Part shown: piece by piece, positions 50,863-55,829 of the stretch
How the letters are laid out: each line of letters starts with the position of its first letter
Numbering within the stretch: position 1 is the first letter of the stretch
NCBI GenBank assembly: GCA_045561495.1
Contig: JBJKXR010000007.1
Coordinates: forward strand, 1-55,829
DNA from: Flavobacteriales bacterium
Lineage (GTDB): Bacteria > Bacteroidota > Bacteroidia > Flavobacteriales_C > GCA-002722245
Direction: 5' to 3'
Length of the DNA: 55,829 bases
Translations under genes and position numbers: made by a program
The notes under the pieces: generated by a model
Told to the model about the DNA's origin: nothing
What the model saw: the letters and a program-made list of their open reading frames with translations, nothing else
Database searches by the model: none

Positions 50863-51442
50863 TTTATTGCTTTTTGTTATTGTTGCTTGCGGTTCCCCAA
50901 AGCAACCGCTTCCTGTATACGGCCAAAAGCAAATTAACAGTCAAGGTGAAGAAATTGACTATACCGTTTCTAACTTTAATTTTACAAATCAGTACAACCA
51001 AATTGTTACTCAGGATAAATATTCAAATCAAGTATATGTTACGGATTTCTTTTTTACTACTTGCCAAACAATATGTCCCAAAATGACCAATCAACTGGTC
51101 CGAGTTCAAAAAAAATTAAAAGGAGAAGACTTCTCTATTCTTTCACATACCGTTAATCCTGAATTTGATACCACTGATATATTATTAGAGTATGCTCTCA
51201 AGATGGGTGCCGAACTTAGCAACTGGGATTTTGTAACCGGCGATGCCCAAAAAATATACAGGCAAGCTGCTTCGTATAAATTAGCAGCAATAAAAGACAC
51301 GACCCAACTCATACCTTTTGTTCACAGTGAATACCTTGTATTGGTAGATAAAAAACGTAGAATACGAGGCTTGTATGATGGAACAGACACTTTAGAAGTT
51401 AATCAACTAATCGAAGATATACAATGGCTAATTCAGCATTAA
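50822..51442 (+). CDS. SCO family copper chaperone (lipoprotein)
   Basis: Lipobox VAC, DFFFTTCQTICPKM (CxxxC), HSE, LVDK.RRIRG.YDG. Confidence 0.92.
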   Translation: MSQGNWILNKLKSSLLLFVIVACGSPKQPLPVYGQKQINSQGEEIDYTVSNFNFTNQYNQIVTQDKYSNQVYVTDFFFTTCQTICPKMTNQLVRVQKKLKGEDFSILSHTVNPEFDTTDILLEYALKMGAELSNWDFVTGDAQKIYRQAASYKLAAIKDTTQLIPFVHSEYLVLVDKKRRIRGLYDGTDTLEVNQLIEDIQWLIQH

Positions 51443-51987
51443 ATCCAACACCACAATTTGAAGAAAAAAAGAGTGTCAAAATTGCTATCTGGTCATTTAC
51501 TGCTGTTGTTTTTTTGCTGGTGACCTTAATGGGGTCAAAAAATTTCCCAAGACCAGATGAAGCGCCAGAATTTACTAAAGCATTACCTGCTGTAAATGCA
51601 ATAATAAACTTTTCCTGTTTTATAACTCTGATTGTTTCCTTTGTGATGATTAAAAAAAAGAAGGTGATTATGCATATGCGTCTAAACACGTTTGCAATGA
51701 TTTTATCTGTTTTCTTTTTACTAAGTTATGTTTTGTATCACGTAACCAATCATGAAACTTCTTATGGTGGAGAAATGATTGGTGTTTACTATTTTATTTT
51801 AGCTACACACATTGTGCTTTCAGGAATTTCGTTGCCATTTATTTTGTTTTCCTATTACCGCGCTTTTATAGGAGATGTTAAAGGACATAAGAAAATAGTT
51901 AAATGGGCATATCCTGTTTGGCTTTATGTTGCTTTAACAGGACCGATTGTTTATTTAATGCTTTCACCCTATTACGGCAATAGTTGA
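51424..51987 (+). CDS. DUF420 family membrane protein (CtaM/YozB-like)
   Basis: LP.VNA.IN, FL.SYV.YH, YYFIL.THI.L, HKK...W..PVWLYV..TG. Confidence 0.9.
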   Translation: MANSALNPTPQFEEKKSVKIAIWSFTAVVFLLVTLMGSKNFPRPDEAPEFTKALPAVNAIINFSCFITLIVSFVMIKKKKVIMHMRLNTFAMILSVFFLLSYVLYHVTNHETSYGGEMIGVYYFILATHIVLSGISLPFILFSYYRAFIGDVKGHKKIVKWAYPVWLYVALTGPIVYLMLSPYYGNS

Positions 51988-52018
51988 CCTCTGTTGTACA
52001 ATTTAGTATTTTTGTAGC

Positions 52019-52222
52019 ATGTTTAAGTCACTGGTTTTATTTATTACCTCCTTTTTGTTTTCTCAATCTGCTCTTGCAATGTGCTCTCAATGTAAAGCTG
52101 TAGCCGAACAAAATGATGAAGGATGGGCAAATGGGCTGAATTCAGGTATTCTTTTCTTAATGATTCCTCCCTATCTTCTCTTAATTGCAATTGTTCTGCT
52201 TGGATTTAGAGGGGAAAATTAG
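52019..52222 (+). CDS. Small CxxC membrane protein (possibly extends to 52253 if one extra G is an error)
   Basis: Signal peptide, CSQCKA, GLN.GIL.LM..PY TM segment; TATTTTTG -7 element at 52007-52014. Confidence 0.75.
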   Translation: MFKSLVLFITSFLFSQSALAMCSQCKAVAEQNDEGWANGLNSGILFLMIPPYLLLIAIVLLGFRGEN

Positions 52223-52274
52223 AGCGGGAATAAAGAATTTCGTAAATTCGTAAAGTAATGTTCTTTTTTTAATT

Positions 52275-52372
52275 GCTTATCAAGAAAGGTGAAGGGAAAG
52301 GCCCTGTGAAACCTTAGCAACCCCAATCTTTTGGAAGGTGCCAAATCCAACCCGTAAAGGGAGTAGATAAAT
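52275..52372 (+). ncRNA. SAM-I (S-box) riboswitch
   Basis: TTATCAAGA...GGTGAAGGGA..GGCCC..TGAAACC..GCAACC...AAGGTGCCAAATCC...GATAA; P1 TTATC/GATAA; directly upstream of methionine synthase. Confidence 0.92.
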
Positions 52373-52446
52373 GAACAAAATCAAAGTATCTTATAGTATG
52401 CTATACCTCCCTCAAAAAACTTCTTGAGAGTTTTATTATTGTGAAA

Positions 52447-53445
52447 ATGAGTAAACCAGATATAAAAAATAGTTTAGAAAGTAGAATTCTTGTTTTAGAT
52501 GGCGCCATGGGCTCTCTGATTCAAACCTATAAATTAGAAGAAGAAGATTTTAGGGGAGAGCGATTTAAAGAGCATTCCCACCCATTAAAAGGAAATAATG
52601 ACTTACTAGCACTTGTTCGGCCAGATGTACTGAAGGAAATTCACTCCTTGTATTTAGAAGCCGGGGCAGATATATTAGAAACCAACACATTTTCAGGAAC
52701 TACTATTGCTCAGGCCGACTATGCATTAGAGGATGCTGTATATGATATTAATTTTCATTCTGCCAGAATTGCTAAAGAAGTAGTCAACGAATTTACTCAG
52801 AAGACACCCAATAAACCTAGGTATGTAGCCGGAGCAATTGGTCCAACAAACAGAACACTCTCTATTTCTCCAGATGTCAACGACCCTGGTTTTAGAGCCG
52901 TTACATGGGATGAAATGGTTCTTGCTTATAAAGAACAAACGACAGCTCTTATTGACGGAGGTATTGACATAGTGCTGGTCGAAACTATTTTTGACACCCT
53001 AAATGCGAAAGCCTGTTTATACGCAATTGATGAAGTTTTTGAAGAAAAGGGGATTAAACTCCCTATAATGGTTTCTGGAACAATCACAGATGCTTCTGGT
53101 AGAACATTAAGTGGGCAAACAGCAGACGCCTTTGTTACATCTGTTTCACACATAGATTTATTATCTGTTGGACTTAACTGTGCTTTAGGAGCGAATATGA
53201 TGAAACCATATTTAGAGATTATTTCAAAAAACACGAAATTTAGCGTTAGTGCTCATCCAAATGCTGGATTGCCTAATGAATTTGGAGAATATGATGAAAC
53301 ACCAGAGGACATGACTGCGCAAATAAAAGAATTTCTTGATGGGAATCTAATAAACATTATTGGAGGATGCTGCGGAACAACTCCTGCACATATTAAGGCA
53401 ATTTCAGATTTAGCATCTGAATATAAACCTAGAAAGATAGATTAA
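52447..53445 (+). CDS. metH: Methionine synthase, homocysteine S-methyltransferase module (split MetH, part 1)
   Basis: [59 protein letters not shown]. Confidence 0.95.
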   Translation: MSKPDIKNSLESRILVLDGAMGSLIQTYKLEEEDFRGERFKEHSHPLKGNNDLLALVRPDVLKEIHSLYLEAGADILETNTFSGTTIAQADYALEDAVYDINFHSARIAKEVVNEFTQKTPNKPRYVAGAIGPTNRTLSISPDVNDPGFRAVTWDEMVLAYKEQTTALIDGGIDIVLVETIFDTLNAKACLYAIDEVFEEKGIKLPIMVSGTITDASGRTLSGQTADAFVTSVSHIDLLSVGLNCALGANMMKPYLEIISKNTKFSVSAHPNAGLPNEFGEYDETPEDMTAQIKEFLDGNLINIIGGCCGTTPAHIKAISDLASEYKPRKID

Positions 53446-55829
53446 ATGAGTTTACATCCGGATTACAAAGGGAAATACAAGTATAAATGGAACAATGTTC
53501 CTTATATGAGATTGAGTGGACTGGAGCCCCTTATTATTACTCCTGAGATGAACTTTATTAATGTTGGAGAAAGAACCAATGTAACAGGATCAAGGAAATT
53601 CTTACGCCTTATCAAAGAGGAACAATTTGATGAAGCTTTGGCTATTGCTCGCGAGCAAGTTGAAGGTGGGGCCCAAGTGATTGATATCAACATGGATGAA
53701 GGAATGATCGATGGAGTTGAATCAATGACTAAATTCCTAAACCTTATTGCTGCTGAACCAGATATAGCTAGAGTACCCATTATGATAGACTCTTCTAAAT
53801 GGGAAATTATTGAAGCTGGTTTAAAATGTGCTCAAGGTAAATGCGTAGTTAATTCTATCTCATTAAAAGGAGGTGAAGAAGAATTTATTCAGCAGGCAAA
53901 AAAAATTAAGCGATACGGAGCAGCTACCATTGTAATGGCTTTTGATGAAGTTGGACAAGCAGACACCTATGATAGAAGAATTGAAATCGTTCAGAGAAGC
54001 TATAATGTATTAGTTGGACCTAAAGTTGGATTTGCTCCTCAAGATATCATTTTTGATTTAAATATATTTCCTGTTGCTACTGGAATCGAAGAACATAGAA
54101 CCAATGCTTTAGATTTTATCCAGGCGACAAGATGGGTACGTGAAAACTTACCAGGAGCTCATGTAAGCGGGGGTGTATCAAATGTTTCATTTTCTTTTAG
54201 AGGGAACAATCCCGTTCGAGAAGCAATGCACTCTGCTTTTCTCTATCATGCTATCCATGACGGTATGGACATGGGGATTGTAAATCCAAGCATGCTAGAA
54301 GTTTACGACGATATCCCTGTTGATTTATTAGAACGTGTTGAGGATGTTCTTTTAAATAGAAGAGAGGACGCAACAGAAAGATTACTAGAATTTGCTGAAA
54401 CTGTAATAGGAACTGCAAAAGAAAAAGTTGTTGACAATGCATGGAGAGACCAGCCTATAGCTAAAAGGTTGGAACATGCTCTTGTTAAAGGCATCACAGA
54501 CTATATTGATGAAGATGTAGAAGAAGCTCGTCAGGCTCACGAAAAACCACTTCATGTCATAGAAGGTCCCCTGATGGATGGAATGAATGTAGTGGGAGAT
54601 TTATTTGGCTCTGGGAAAATGTTCTTACCTCAAGTTGTTAAATCGGCTCGAGTAATGAAGAAAGCAGTTGCATACCTATTTCCTTTCTTAGAAGAAGAAA
54701 AAGAAGAAGGGTCATCAGCAGGAAAAATCCTTTTAGCTACAGTAAAAGGGGATGTACATGATATTGGAAAAAACATTGTAGGTGTCGTTTTAGGTTGTAA
54801 TGGGTATGAAATTATCGATATTGGAGTAATGGTTCCTTCGGATAAAATATTAGCGGCTGCAAAAGAACACAATGTGGACATAATAGGATTAAGCGGATTA
54901 ATCACTCCTTCTCTTGACGAAATGATTACTGTTGCCAAGGAAATGGAAAAAAATGGAATGAAAATTCCATTATTGATTGGTGGTGCTACAACCTCTAAAA
55001 TTCATACCGCAGTAAAAATTGAAGAGCATTACAAAGGTGGGCAAACCGTATATGTACTTGATGCATCTAGATCAGTTACTGTTGCTACCAAATTATTAGG
55101 AGAAGAAAAAGATAATTATATTCAGGATATTCAGAAGGAGTATTCAAAAATGCGTGAACATCATAAAAACAGAAAAGCTTCCAAGAAGAAAATTTCCTGG
55201 GAGGATGCAAAAGCCAACCGCCAGCAAACAAAATGGAGCCAAGATATAGTTAAGACTCCAAATTTCATAGGAGTTAAATTATTTGATACTGTCTCGTTAC
55301 AAGAAATTAGAGACTATATTGATTGGACACCTTTCTTTCAAACCTGGGATTTACACGGTAGATATCCTAATATTTTAGAAGACAAAATTGTAGGCAAAGA
55401 AGCCAAAAAACTTCTTTCCGATGCCCTTAAAATGTTGGATACACTCATAGCTGAAAAATGGTTAGACAATAAAGCTGTTGTGGGCATTTGGCCAGCAAAT
55501 GCTGTTGGAGAGGATATTGAAGTGTATACAGACGAATCAAGAAATGAAGTAGCTGATAAATTCTATACTATCCGCCAACAACAGAAGAAGAAAGAAGGTT
55601 TGCCGAACCATTCATTAGTAGATTTTGTTGCGCCAAAAGAATCTGGAGTAAAAGACTACGTTGGAGGATTTGTTATTACTGCTGGTATTGGTATTGAAAA
55701 GCATGTTGAAGGTTTTGAAGCCGATCATGACGACTATAATTCTATAATGCTAAAGGCCTTAGCGGATAGATTTGCGGAAGCATTCACAGAATTAATGCAT
55801 GAAAAAGTAAGAAAAGAAATTTGGGGATA
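53446..55829 (+). CDS. metH: B12-dependent methionine synthase (pterin-binding, cobalamin-binding and activation domains; split MetH, part 2), truncated by the window end
   Basis: ATG 53446; [67 protein letters not shown] (B12 His), [14 protein letters not shown]. Open to the end of the window, so absent from the ORF track. Confidence 0.96.
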   Translation, partial: MSLHPDYKGKYKYKWNNVPYMRLSGLEPLIITPEMNFINVGERTNVTGSRKFLRLIKEEQFDEALAIAREQVEGGAQVIDINMDEGMIDGVESMTKFLNLIAAEPDIARVPIMIDSSKWEIIEAGLKCAQGKCVVNSISLKGGEEEFIQQAKKIKRYGAATIVMAFDEVGQADTYDRRIEIVQRSYNVLVGPKVGFAPQDIIFDLNIFPVATGIEEHRTNALDFIQATRWVRENLPGAHVSGGVSNVSFSFRGNNPVREAMHSAFLYHAIHDGMDMGIVNPSMLEVYDDIPVDLLERVEDVLLNRREDATERLLEFAETVIGTAKEKVVDNAWRDQPIAKRLEHALVKGITDYIDEDVEEARQAHEKPLHVIEGPLMDGMNVVGDLFGSGKMFLPQVVKSARVMKKAVAYLFPFLEEEKEEGSSAGKILLATVKGDVHDIGKNIVGVVLGCNGYEIIDIGVMVPSDKILAAAKEHNVDIIGLSGLITPSLDEMITVAKEMEKNGMKIPLLIGGATTSKIHTAVKIEEHYKGGQTVYVLDASRSVTVATKLLGEEKDNYIQDIQKEYSKMREHHKNRKASKKKISWEDAKANRQQTKWSQDIVKTPNFIGVKLFDTVSLQEIRDYIDWTPFFQTWDLHGRYPNILEDKIVGKEAKKLLSDALKMLDTLIAEKWLDNKAVVGIWPANAVGEDIEVYTDESRNEVADKFYTIRQQQKKKEGLPNHSLVDFVAPKESGVKDYVGGFVITAGIGIEKHVEGFEADHDDYNSIMLKALADRFAEAFTELMHEKVRKEIWG

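Overview
AT-rich chromosomal window from a Bacteroidota bacterium, probably Flavobacteriales. The placement rests on gene order and on TAnnTTTG-type -7 promoter elements. It is almost entirely core genome: an envelope cluster (barrel/TPR/lptC/CorC/PpiD-like), secA, lepA, pyrC, pdxJ, CBS-POTRA barrel-nadK-porG-like x2-uppS-bamA-skp x2, ispG, iscS-like, mlaEF, topA, miaB-sigma54 activator-lptE-secG, groESL, hemW, an LRR+CAP-like pair, the cyoE-cox3-cox3-cox4-SCO cluster, and a SAM-I riboswitch ahead of a split metH that runs off the window end. I found no mobile element, CRISPR array, rRNA or tRNA. The most interesting signal is regulatory. groESL has a correctly spaced sigma54 -24/-12 promoter, with TGACA/TGTCA boxes about 110 bp upstream. 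The same TGACA-N3-TGTCA box occurs as a perfect palindrome over the promoter of the operon encoding a sensor-less GAFTGA activator, and in degenerate form upstream of secA. This suggests a sigma54 protein-folding/export regulon (inference). secA and one cox3 gene carry 1-nt frameshifts, and a small gene probably has a third indel. These most likely reflect long-read assembly errors.
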